DNA of 63,134 nt, counting the filler, from Octopus bimaculoides (Eukaryota): the NCBI RefSeq assembly GCF_001194135.2. It is 8 parts of 5 records of this genome, joined end to end, with 100 filler letters (N's around TTAATTAATTAA, not from the genome) between each part and the next. Parts side by side here need not be neighbours in the genome. Positions count along the whole stretch, not along the records: positions 1 to 10,105 come from NC_068982.1; positions 10,206 to 31,768 come from NC_068983.1; 6 more parts are not named here. One strand, 5' to 3'. Position numbers and translations under genes: made by a program. Below the pieces are notes generated by a model. It ran no database searches. It was not told the origin of the DNA and saw only the letters and a program-made list of their open reading frames with translations. Below, piece after piece: positions 1-11,075 of the stretch. Numbering within the stretch: position 1 is the first letter of the stretch; the number at the start of each line of letters is the position of its first letter.

Positions 1-50
1 CATAAATATACATACATACATACATACACATATATATATATATGTATATA

Positions 51-795
51 TATATATAATTTAATTTATATAAGGGCATTACTATACAATAATGCTTCAC
101 GCTTAGAGGGACTCCATAAGTCAAAACTACCAAAATAAGCACATTTTTACTGATCACGAGGGAATGCAACTTTCAAAGCTAACCTCCTAAAAACTTTTAA
201 CTTAACGGTAAACCAATGGTTTCATAATTAACGCAGCAAACTATGCAGTAAACTGCATCTTTTATTCATCAGTACACGTATGGTCAAGACACATAAAAAT
301 AAACAAAAATCAACATACCCTGATGTACCCAACACAGTACATAGACGATTGTTCATCCTTATATATCCATGAAAGTGGCGAACTTTTTAAGCTACACTTC
401 GGCAACATGTGCTTTTACAGAATAATATTCAGCACTGAATATATTCTAATTATTCATAATATAATGCTAGGATAAAATCTTTATAAGAATTAGGAGGTTA
501 GCTTTGAAAGTTGCATTCCCTCGCGATCGGTAAAAATGTGCTTATTTTGGTAGTTTTGACTTATGGAGTCCCTCTAAGCGTGAGGCATCATTGTATAGTA
601 ATGCCCTTATATAAATCAAGTTATATATATTTATAGAAAAAAAAAAGATGTTTTTTTTTTTCCTTATGAGGTTTTTTTTACGCTAACTACTTGATAAATT
701 CTTATAAAGATTTTATCCTAACATTATATTATGAATAATTAGAATATATTCAGTGCTGAATATTATTCTGTAAAAGCACATGTTGCCGAAGTGTA
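51..795. repeat. Interleaved inverted repeats: A (51-190) / A' (491-630) and B (393-490) / B' (697-795)
   Basis: 491-630 is the reverse complement of 51-190 (taagggcattactatacaat vs attgtatagtaatgccctta); 697-795 is the reverse complement of 393-490. A few mismatches per arm, several CpG-type. Confidence 0.9.
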
Positions 796-808
796 CCACA
801 TCACACCA

Positions 809-1208
809 CACACACTAGCACTGACCACCTCCCAGCACCTACACCATCAGCCACACACCTACACATGCACACACACACACGTCAAGGTCACCATCCCCCT
901 TCCACATGCACATTCATGCTCTCACAAACACACACATGCACACCTTCGTTTTGGGATCACCACTACTTTATTATCTCCCCTCCTTCCTCGCCCTCCTGTG
1001 TGACCCCTCTGTCCAGCATTCGCCATGATAGATCGCTGGCCACTAAACCTTTTCTATTTTCTCTCCCTGTTTATTTTTGTGTTCCTTTCTGTCGAAGAGC
1101 ATAGGCTCAAAACAAAAGACTTTCTCACTGCCTGAGCATTAAACTAATATATCTGTTTGCTGTTTACACACTCATCTTTGTCCCTTGTGGTTTTGTAAAT
1201 TCTCACTA
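809..1208 (+). repeat. 5' pseudo-LTR of the PLE
   Basis: Aligns with 4057-4432, including a long near-identical block (tgtccagcattcgccatgatagatcgctggccactaaaccttttctattttctctccctgtttatttttgtgttcctttctg). Confidence 0.9.
1084..1119 (+). ncRNA. Degenerate minimal type I hammerhead-like motif in 5' pseudo-LTR
   Basis: ccttt-CTGTCGA-A-GAGC(atag)GCTC-aAAA-c-aaaag. Core-like CUGNNGA and 4-bp stem II are present; GAAA is mutated to AAAA and stem III is damaged. PLE pseudo-LTRs are known to carry minimal hammerheads. Confidence 0.5.
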
Positions 1209-1733
1209 TATATTACACGCTCACATGGTTGCACCAGTTTTATCCTGTCTCCACCTCATAGCACTTCGAACTTTTCTTGGACTATTCTACATGGATTCTC
1301 TACCTGGACCTTCTTCTACTCTCCTACACTCAGACACCTACACTTCAGCTGCACCTCTCCTGTCCATGGATTACACTGGACTCTTCCTTTGATGAGAAGT
1401 CGCTCCAATACACCATGACGTTTGAACCTTTTGAACTTTTCTAAACTTTTTTGTACTTTCTGCTTTTTCCTATTGACGTTTCTCTTAATCTGCACTTGTT
1501 ACCTTGCCTCTTTCCCCCTCCCTTTCTTTTTCCCTTTTGTCTTCTCTTCTCCCTTTCTTCCCCTTTCTCTTTGTCTCTTCCTTCTTCCTCTCTTTGTTTT
1601 CATTTTTTCTTCTCCCACTTCTTGTATCTTTTCCTCCTCATGCCATTTGCATTTTTTCTCCTCACGCCGTTTGAATTTTTCTCCCTTGCATCTTTATTTG
1701 CCTTTCTCTCTCTTTACTTCTCATTTTTCAATC

Positions 1734-3823
1734 ATGCCCGATTACAAACCTTTCCGCCTCCACCTTACACCACCACCTAAAAAAACACCTTTTCATACTT
1801 CCTTTCCGCTGCTTTCAACATTCTATTAACCTTTCCCTACTAATTTAAAAAAAAATACGCTTCTCCAACCATCTTTCCTTTTTCAATCACTGCCTCATCC
1901 CTAAAGGTTTCTGCCTCCATTTCTACCCCACTCTCCACTCTGCTTCAACCATCCTACCTATATTCCGTACTACATCCTACCGCCTTATGTGTGCCACCAT
2001 TCGTTCTAATATCTCCAAAATACACACCATCGACCACCTTCTACCTCTTGCATTTTCCATCCTTTTCTCCTCTCAGTTGCCCTCCCATGCCAACACTACA
2101 TTACATACATCATTTAAATCATGTCTTTAATCAATCTCTCGCTCACACCAAACAATGTAAACTCCACTCACTCCTCCATTCCATCACACCCGATGTCACT
2201 ACCCCAACTTCTCCTCCATTTCAGTCTGTTGTTACCATTCCTCCAGATATTCCCCTCTCTGAGTTTCCTCCTCAGTAGGGGTCTGCGTTTCATACTCCTC
2301 ACTCCATTCAGTAACGAATTGCAGACTTATGCCGATATCCATAGCTTTGTGCTCTGCGTTAGGTTGTGTGCACTTTTCCGTGACACTCCACCTGCATTTA
2401 ATGAGGAAGATTGCTTCACCGACCTAGGCCGCCAACCATGCCAGCGGATGCCAGCTCCTGGCCAGTTCCAAGTAGTCAATCTTTTGCGGACACCTGCCAG
2501 CGCACTGTGGACCGCTTTGATTTTCCAAGTATTCCCAACATCTAAACATCTCCCCAGCCAAACTCTTGGCTCTTTGATGTCTCCGACGCTGCAAAGACAT
2601 CATCATAAAACCAGCCGACAAGGGTGAAGCCATGGTGGTGTGACGCTCAGGCCTCTACAAGGTGGAAGCTCTCCATCGAATTCAAGACACCTCCTTCTAC
2701 TGCCCTCTGCCCTCCAACCCCACGCCCAGCTACCAACAGACTGTGTTCTCTACTATCCATGACTTCATCTCCTCCTCCTGTCTCCCCCCACTACCTCTAA
2801 CCTCATTGTCTGCACCCGTCGCACCCCCATAATTTACTTCCTCCCCAAAATCCACACACCTAATAATCCTGGCCACTCCATCGTCTCTGCCTTCAACTGC
2901 CCCACCGAACTCATCTCCAGATACCTTGACTGTGTCCTTGCCCACCTAGTTGCTTCCCTCCCCTCTCACATTCACGACACCAACCATGCTCTTCATTTGT
3001 TCAACTCTTTCTCCTTCCCTCCTGGCCCCTCTAAACTTATCTTCACTCTTGACATCAAGAGTCTATTCACGGCGATCCCCCACCACGAGGGGCTGTGTGC
3101 ACTCCAACATTTCCTTGACCTTCGACCCACTACTATCCACACAGCCTTTGCCAGAGCATGTTCCATGGACCATGCATCTGCTCTCTCTCCTAAACCCACC
3201 CTGCTGTCACCTGTCTCCCATTTCCCCTCACCTACCACTCCACCACCTTACCTCTCCAATGCACCATGCTCCGAGCCTTCCAGCAACTCCAGTCTGACCC
3301 CTCTACTTTGCACATCTTCCCTAGCCAGCCCCTCTCCTCCTTCAAACAAGCCCACAACCTACAAGACCTCTTGGTCCACAGCTTCTTACCTAACCTAATC
3401 TCCCAACTTGGCTCGTTCCCCTGCTCCCACCCATGCTGCTGCAATTGGCTTTACCTCTCCAACACCACCCTCCTAACAGGCACCCATCATCGACCCTATC
3501 ATATCACTGACTCCTTCACCTACACTTTTAGCAATGTCATCTACTGCATCTCCTGCTCTCTCCGTCCTTCCCTGTACATTGGTCAAACAAGATGCTGCTT
3601 GGCTGACTGGTTTGCAGAACAACTCTGAGACATCAGACTCAGCAACAACGCCCCAGTCTTGTGCCATTTCTGCTCTACCAGTCACTCTTTACAACACCTG
3701 TCTGTGTTCGGATTGCCCTTGCACAGGGGCCATTCGGACTCCTGTCTTCACTGTGAGCAGGGATTAACCTTCTCTCTTCACACCTTTACGCCACATAGGC
3801 TCAACTCTACTCCCCTCTTCATC
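1734..3823 (+). pseudogene. PLE polyprotein remnant (N-terminal region, RT fingers/palm start, GIY-YIG endonuclease)
   Basis: Pieces across frames: LLSRGLRFI (~2270), FLPKIHTPNNP..IVSAFNCPTELISRYLD (~2835-2930), DIKSLFTAIPH (~3050), FTYTFSNVIYCISC..LYIGQT (~3515-3590). Many stops and frameshifts; catalytic DD region missing. Confidence 0.85.
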
Positions 3824-4056
3824 TAACCCTCCTCTCTCCTCTCACACCTACTTCCTCCCACCCTCTCTTGCTCTGGCACCTACTTCCTCTCTTCACTCCT
3901 ACCCACCTCCCTTCTACCAACTCCCTTCATCGTTACCCCACCTCTACACATTCCAACCCCACCATCCCTATACATCCCATCCCTTAGACCCCACCCTTCC
4001 TTCCCCCACACCTCAACACCACACCACCCCTGCATACATTAGCAGCCACACAAGCG

Positions 4057-4432
4057 CACACACTAGCACTGATCACTTCACAGCACCTACACCATCATCC
4101 ACACACTTACACATCAAGGTCAAGAGCCCCCTTCCACATGCACGTACATGCTCTCAGATTCACATGCACGTTTTGGGATCACCACTACTTTATTATCTCC
4201 CCTTCTTCCTCGCCCTCCTGTGTGAGCCCTCTGTCCAGCATTCGCCATGATAGATCGCTGGCCACTAAACCTTTTCTATTTTCTCTCCCTGTTTATTTTT
4301 GTGTTCCTTTCTGTTGAAGAGTGTAGGCTTGAAACATAAACGACTTTCTCACTTCCCGAGCGTTAAACTAATACGTCTGTTTGTTGTTTAGACACCCGTG
4401 TTCGTCTTTTGTTTTCTTGTAAACTCTCACTA
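4057..4432 (+). repeat. 3' pseudo-LTR of the PLE, followed by (CA)n
   Basis: Direct repeat of 809-1208. Confidence 0.9.
4306..4343 (+). ncRNA. Degenerate minimal type I hammerhead-like motif in 3' pseudo-LTR
   Basis: ccttt-CTGTTGA-A-GAGT(gtag)GCTT-GAAA-cat-a-aacg. GAAA is intact; stem II and the tiny stem III carry CpG-type changes relative to an inferred GAGC/GCTC, GAAACGTA ancestor. Confidence 0.5.
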
Positions 4433-4700
4433 CACACACACACACACANNNNNNNNNNNNNNNNNNNNNNNNNNNNNNNNNNNNNNNNNNNNNNNNNNNN
4501 NNNNNNNNNNNNNNNNNNNNNNNNNNNNNNNNNNNNNNNNNNNNNNNNNNNNNNNNNNNNNNNNNNNNNNNNNNNNNNNNNNNNNNNNNNNNNNNNNNNN
4601 NNNNNNNNNNNNNNNNNNNNNNNNNNNNNNNNNNNNNNNNNNNNNNNNNNNNNNNNNNNNNNNNNNNNNNNATATATATATATATATATACATATATATA

Positions 4701-5463
4701 CCTTTGAAAATATGCTGTGCGTGAGAAGACCCGGCAAGCCAAGTGAGACCATAATCCAAGGCCTCTGCCAGGGGTGTAGACAGCCCACTTATGCGTACCT
4801 TTCCTTCATTGGACACTAAACTCCACTTGCGAAGACCTGTTGAAGCAAGTGAAATCGAAATCAAACTAAATTCGACGACTGGCACCCATGCCAATCGTCT
4901 CCTTCATTGGACACTGAACTCGGCTTGCAAAGACCTGTTGAAGTAAGTGAAAGCGAAATCGTGATGGTACCTGTACCAGTGGAGTGCTAAGAGCACCGTT
5001 TGAGCATGATCATTGCCAGAGCAGCTGTCTGGCTTCTGTGCCAGTGGCACATAAATAGCACCATTTGAGAGTGATTGTTACCAGCGTTGCCTTCCTGGTA
5101 CTTGTGCCGGTGGCACATGAAAAGGCATTCAAGCGAGGTCGTTGCCAGTGCCCTGGACTGGCTCCTGTGCAGGTGGCACATTAAATACACCATTTTGAGC
5201 ATGGCTGTTGCCAGTACCGCCTGACTGGCCTTCGTTTCGGTGGCATGTAAAAGCACCCACTACACTCTCAGAGTGGTTGGCGTTAGGAAGGCTTCCAGCC
5301 GTAGAAACTCTGCNNNNNNNNNNGTGGTTGGCGTTAGGAAGGCTTCCAGCCGTAGAAACTCTGCCAAATCAGATTGGAGTCTGGTGTAGCCATCTGGCTC
5401 ACCAGTCCTCAGTCAAATCATCCAACCCATGCTAGCATGGAAAGCGGACATTATACAATGATG
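4701..5463 (+). mobile_element. Composite interspersed repeat with internal ~65-bp tandem units and an (ATG)n-like tail (probably LINE-mobilised)
   Basis: Shares modules and 3' end (gagtggttggcgttaggaagg...ccaacccatgctagcatggaaagcggac) with 11913-12650 and 55437-55625. Confidence 0.75.
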
Positions 5464-6409
5464 TTATTTTAATTTTAATTTTTATTTATATTTTGCTTTC
5501 AATTTTATTTTTTATTTCTATTTCTATCTTATTTTTGCTCTTGTTTTTCTTCTAGTCTCTACCACNNNNNNNNNNNNNNNNNNNNNNNNNNNNNNNNNNN
5601 NNNNNNNNNNNNNNNNNNNNNNNNNNNNNNNNNNNNNNNNNNNNNNNNNNNNNNNNNNNNNNNNNNNNNNNNNNNNNNNNNNNNNNNNNNNNNNNNNNNN
5701 NNNNNNNNNNNNNNNNNNNNNNNNNNNNNNNNNNNNNNNNNNNNNNNNNNNNNNNNNNNNNNNNNNNNNNNNNNNNNNNNNNNNNNNNNNNNNNNNNNNN
5801 NNNNNNNNNNNNNNNNNNNNNNNNNNNNNNNNNNNNNNNNNNNNNNNNNNNNNNNNNNNNNNNNNNNNNNNNNNNNNNNNNNNNNNNNNNNNNNNNNNNN
5901 NNNNNNNNNNNNNNNNNNNNNNNNNNNNNNNNNNNNNNNNNNNNNNNNNNNNNNNNNNNNNNNNNNNNNNNNNNNNNNNNNNNNNNNNNNNNNNNNNNNN
6001 NNNNNNNNNNNNNNNNNNNNNNNNNNNNNNNNNNNNNNNNNNNNNNNNNNNNNNNNNNNNNNNNNNNNNNNNNNNNNNNNNNNNNNNNNNNNNNNNNNNN
6101 NNNNNNNNNNNNNNNNNNNNNNNNNNNNNNNNNNNNNNNNNNNNNNNNNNNNNNNNNNNNNNNNNNNNNNNNNNNNNNNNNNNNNNNNNNNNNNNNNNNN
6201 NNNNNNNNNNNNNNNNNNNNNNNNNNNNNNNNNNNNNNNNNNNNNNNNNNNNNNNNNNNNNNNNNNNNNNNNNNNNNNNNNNNNNNNNNNNNNNNNNNNN
6301 NNNNNNNNNNNNNNNNNNNNNNNNNNNNNNNNNNNNNNNNNNNNNNNNNNNNNNNNNNNNNNNNNNNNNNNATACGACACCGTATTTTACAATCATGCAA
6401 ATAATAATA

Positions 6410-6706
6410 ATAATGGTATTTTTTATATAAGCTTAAAGTTTATAGCATTCACCGTGCAATGACTAAGGAAAATAGTCTAATAACGAGGCATATAAGCACT
6501 CGACAGAAAAAACAAGGCTTTCCTATCCGTCTGTGAAGGTAACACACACAGTCATGTTAACAAAGGAATGTGGATTCGCATCCCACACGGATGGGAAAGC
6601 CTTCTTTTTTCTGTCGAGGGCTTATATGCTCCGTTAGTACACTATTTTCGTTAGTCATTGCACAGTGAACGGCATAAGCTTTAAGCTTATATAAAAATAC
6701 CATTAT
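6410..6706. mobile_element. Fold-back (palindromic) MITE-like element, ~125-bp arms
   Basis: 6410-~6537 is an imperfect reverse complement of ~6573-6706 (taatggtattttttatataagcttaaag vs ctttaagcttatataaaaataccatta; ctcgacagaaaaaa vs ttttttctgtcgag). Confidence 0.85.
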
Positions 6707-7423
6707 AATTATTTACAGNNNNNNNNNNNNNNNNNNNNNNNNNNNNNNNNNNNNNNNNNNNNNNNNNNNNNNNNNNNNNNNNNNNNNNNNNNNNNNNNNN
6801 NNNNNNNNNNNNNNNNNNNNNNNNNNNNNNNNNNNNNNNNNNNNNNNNNNNNNNNNNNNNNNNNNNNNNNNNNNNNNNNNNNNNNNNNNNNNNNNNNNNN
6901 NNNNNNNNNNNNNNNNNNNNNNNNNNNNNNNNNNNNNNNNNNNNNNNNNNNNNNNNNNNNNNNNNNNNNNNNNNNNNNNNNNNNNNNNNNNNNNNNNNNN
7001 NNNNNNNNNNNNNNNNNNNNNNNNNNNNNNNNNNNNNNNNNNNNNNNNNNNNNNNNNNNNNNNNNNNNNNNNNNNNNNNNNNNNNNNNNNNNNNNNNNNN
7101 NNNNNNNNNNNNNNNNNNNNNNNNNNNNNNNNNNNNNNNNNNNNNNNNNNNNNNNNNNNNNNNNNNNNNNNNNNNNNNNNNNNNNNNNNNNNNNNNNNNN
7201 NNNNNNNNNNNNNNNNNNNNNNNNNNNNNNNNNNNNNNNNNNNNNNNNNNNNNNNNNNNNNNNNNNNNNNNNNNNNNNNNNNNNNNNNNNNNNNNNNNNN
7301 NNNNNNNNNNNNNNNNNNNNNNNNNNNNNNNNNNNNNNNNNNNNNNNNNNNNNNNNNNNNNNNNNNNNNNNNNNNNNNNNNNNNNNNNNNNNNNNNNNNN
7401 NNNNNNNNNNNNNNNNNNNNNNN

Positions 7424-7534
<111 letters not shown>

Positions 7535-8421
7535 TTACAAAAAACAAAAGACAAAAATGTGTGTAAACAAACAGGTGTATTAGTTCAACACATACATACA
7601 TACATACATACATACATACAAGATGAGAATACTTTGTAGTCCTCAAAAATAGATGCTAGAGAGTGTTTTCTGGAGATCGTTGTTTCATTAATAGCAGCCA
7701 CATCTAAATCAAGCAACCTGACATCATTGAGCAAGTGACCTTTCTTCCAAGCTGATCCCAGGCCACTCACATTCACACACCCCAATCTCAGACAGTCATG
7801 CTAGTTGGAGAAAGGAAAAGAGGTTACTCACCTTGATTTTCAAGAAGCCTGGAAGTTCTGGGCCTCTCTACTGGCCAAAAGTTTTTAAAATGCCCTTCCA
7901 ACAGCCCTTTACTAATTGTTTTTTTTTTAAATCTCCATACTACATGAGAATTTTTCTCTTATAATTTTATAAACGTCTGACACCATTTTGGGATTTTGAG
8001 CATGAAATCCTCAAATTCCTTTCCCTCTGTCTCTATTTTGTTTTGTTTTGACTTACAAATTCATCAATTCACTGTTGCGCTTGTTCACAACAGTGAAATT
8101 GATGGATACATTTCGCCCACAGTCTGCGGAATATTTTTGTTTTTGAAGTTTCGTAATTGGTTGCTTCTGCATTCCTGTGATTTCATGTTGTTGTCAACAG
8201 CAGCATGATGTTGCTGTTTTTGAAGTTGTTGTTCTTATTTTTGTAGGAGTGGTTGTGAATTATGTTGCAGTTGTGGTTTCTATATATTTTGTTGAGTTCT
8301 TGGATAGGGCTGTGTACTCTCCTCCTCTTTTACCTACCCCCTTTTGTCTTAGTGATCCATTATTTGTTCAGCTCTTCTTTCTCGATGTCATTGCAGCTTA
8401 TGTTGGTTTGGGAGGCAGTAT

Positions 8422-9060
8422 TCAGGAGAAGCTTGCTTTTCCGTAGCAACCTGTGGGTAGACTCCTTCTTTCTCTTGGTTTGGGTGTGAGCATGGGTATC
8501 GGTGTAAGAGTAGGAGTCCTGAGCACTTCTTTATGATTTTGTACTTGTGGTGTTCGTAGTGTTGACAGCAGTGGGAGTTTAATTTTTGTTTCAGGGCAGA
8601 AAGCCTTTAAGCGAGTTACAGATTCACATATGTAGCATCTTGATTGTCTACCCACCACTAACAGTGTCAGGTGAGTACTATCTGGGAGATCGGTTAGATC
8701 GGGCAGCTGGTTGATATGGGCTTGCTTACATTGTAGGGTCATTTCCATACCTATACCTGACCAGTTTTGTTTTGGTATTTTCTTGACCTCCCAGATTGTT
8801 GCATTTTCTTCATCTAAACTGGTCAAGACGACGACCACTAACCAGGTGGATATTTCTGATGGCATGTTCAACATGCTAATCTTAGCAAGGTGTTGGTCGC
8901 AGAATGACACTTGGCTTCGCCTGTCCCATTTTCACCTCAATAGTCCCACCCTTCTTTCCTTAGGTAATGTGGGTCATCTGTTCCCGCACACACCCAAGGC
9001 ATTTTTGTATTTTACTCTAAGACGCATTTTCCACCTACTGAGATTTCACTCCAATGCAGC
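8422..9060 (-). mobile_element. Degenerate LINE ORF1 (gag-like) fragment, L1/Tx1-like
   Basis: Minus ORF contains LLVVGRQSRCYICESVTRLKAFCP (knuckle at 8596-8637), a decayed CX2CX4HX4C knuckle in the usual GR.P.C..C ORF1 context. Confidence 0.5.
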
Positions 9061-9729
9061 AGTATGTGACCGTGCATCTCAAGATATTATGTAGGATGTC
9101 AGAGGAGGGTTTAGGTTTCCCATTCCTTTTAACAATTTTCCGAGCCATTTTTAAATCTTCTTCATCTATGCAGAAATTTTCCAAATTTCTCACCACAATC
9201 GCAAAGAAATCATTGTAGCAGAGGTAGTTGTGGCAGCAGTGGCAATATTCGTGTTTCTATGTTTCATTTCTTTAGTATTGCTGTTCCTGTTTTTGTTGTC
9301 ATTGCTGTTGCTGTGACATTATGATGTTGCTGTTGTCTTTGTCACTGAAAGTTTTGACGTTGCTTAGAGACAATAGCCTTGGTTAAGCCATTCTACACCT
9401 TTGTTCTCATTTTTCTCTGACAAGGAACACACCCTGTTGTTGAACATTATGATGGCTTCTTTATTATCCATCTTTAAATAATTAAGGAAAATTGTAAAAT
9501 ATTTGCTTTTGCCAAATGTAGTTAAAATTTTAAAAATTACTGATGTGCACCCCCTGCAAAACAGTGGACATTTCTATACAAAAATACTATCAGTGCAGTC
9601 CAGGCAGTCTTAGAAATGCAATGGTAGCAATAAAAATGAAAACACAGAGTCTTAGAAGACCAAAAAGATTACAAACACTATTTCAACTTACAGAGCTTCA
9701 AATTTCAGTGACTTTACAGTATGTCAGCC

Positions 9730-9743
9730 ATAATAATAATGAT

Positions 9744-9827
<84 letters not shown>
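9730..9827. repeat. (AAT)n microsatellite
   Basis: About 30 AAT units with two interruptions. Confidence 0.95.
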
Positions 9828-9829
<2 letters not shown>

Positions 9830-10105
9830 CAAAGAGCTGGAAACACTACTACAGACAGTACATGGCTTTACCAAGGAAATAGATATGAAATTCGGATTAG
9901 AAAAATGTGCCAAAGCAACCCTGAAAAGAGAAAAATTAGTTAAAAGTAGCAATATTACACTAGATAAAGCCAATGAAATAAGAGAACTAGACGAGAGCCA
10001 ACCATATAAATATTTAGGAGTCAATGAACTAGATAGGATACAACATACACAAATGAAAGAAAAAATAAAGAAAGAGTACTATAGACGAGTTAGATCAATA
10101 CTAAA
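9825..10105 (+). mobile_element. R4/Dong-like (RLE-type) non-LTR retrotransposon RT fragment
   Basis: NDKELETLLQTVHGFTKEIDMKFGLEKCAKATLKR...YKYLGV...MKEKIKKEYYRRVRSIL matches RT domains 6-7 and thumb of R4/Dong-type elements as I recall them. Starts at the (AAT)n and ends at a gap. Confidence 0.75.
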
Positions 10106-10149
10106 NNNNNNNNNNNNNNNNNNNNNNNNNNNNNNNNNNNNNNNNNNNN

Positions 10150-10161
10150 TTAATTAATTAA
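10150..10161. other. Artificial six-frame-stop scaffold linker TTAATTAATTAA (also 31813, 41356, 52457, 54904, 57404, 60859)
   Basis: Identical 12-mer centred in N runs of 44 on each side (100 bp total) seven times; palindromic with TAA in all frames. Confidence 0.95.
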
Positions 10162-10205
10162 NNNNNNNNNNNNNNNNNNNNNNNNNNNNNNNNNNNNNNN
10201 NNNNN

Positions 10206-10264
<59 letters not shown>

Positions 10265-10801
10265 ACAGTAAATCTAGGATAGAATTTATAAATATTTAAT
10301 ACATTGCTACGCGCGTTTCCACAAACCACATGACTTTAACATGAGAGTCTGTATCTTTGGGATGAGTACAGTAAAGTCTGTAGTATCTGTGGGCATCTGT
10401 TTGATCATCCATTTCATCAGGCGATACTGCATTAGTGGATGAATCGCAGAAAGATGCTTATCCCTTCATGCCAGTATGAAGGCCAGTCTACCTATGTGAG
10501 TATTTCTGTGCGTACTTGGTAGAGGGCAAGTAGGTGATGGTTGTAGAGGAAGGAATGATAGGATGGATGTGGTGGTGGATTTATTTTCTATTCATTCTGC
10601 AGATTTTAAGGATGGTCATTCATTCTGCAGATTTTAAGGATGTCAGCACATTTCTTGGTTCTATTTCATTCAAAACGTGACTCTTCTCAATAAACTCTGA
10701 ACCCAACGGCTGGTCAACCTGTATACAATGGGGTTTGTTGACCGAATTGGTTAATACTACCCTTTTATGGTGACTTTTTCTCTGTTTCTCTTGTTATAGT
10801 G

Positions 10802-11075
10802 CAGTGATTCCCAAACATTTTCGTGCTGCCGCCCCCTTGATATCTAGGCTACATTCCTAGTGCCTCCACCCCCAACTAACCATCACAAAGGTAGACTTCT
10901 TTCTGATGCAAATTCGAAGCAACTGTATTTCACAAATAAAGGTTAGCCTAATGAACCCATTATTTTGTTGTTTATATGAATTGCTACCCTATTATCGCCC
11001 CACTTTTCTTCAACGCCTCCTTGAAACTTTCCACCTCCCCCAGGGTAGCAATACTGCCCACTTTGGGAATTGCTG
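10802..11075. mobile_element. hAT (Charlie-like) MITE with 8-bp TSD
   Basis: TIRs cagtgattcccaaa / tttgggaattgctg; perfect TSD TTATAGTG at 10794-10801 and 11076-11083. 8-bp TSDs are characteristic of hAT. Confidence 0.85.

Larger units (their letters stand above)
796..4432 (+). mobile_element. Penelope-like retroelement (PLE), internally deleted and degenerate, with direct pseudo-LTRs
   Basis: ~400-bp direct repeats at both ends enclose frameshifted PLE RT motifs (IYFLPKIH, LIFTLDIKSLFTAIPHHEGL) and a GIY-YIG endonuclease (NVIYCISC..LYIGQT). RT plus GIY-YIG is diagnostic for PLEs. Confidence 0.9.

Noticed and set aside
4960-5260. CRISPR-like repeat-spacer appearance (also 11913-12520)
   Set aside because: Eukaryotic context, no cas genes, degenerate repeats, and spacers homologous to each other; it is a tandem unit array.
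5273-5363. Exact ~41-bp duplication either side of a 10-N gap
   Set aside because: Typical unmerged contig overlap; assembly artefact.
10300-10350. Minus-strand GAAACGCGCGTA resembling a hammerhead stem III and cleavage site
   Set aside because: No recognisable CUGANGA core or stem II upstream; at most a heavily decayed remnant.
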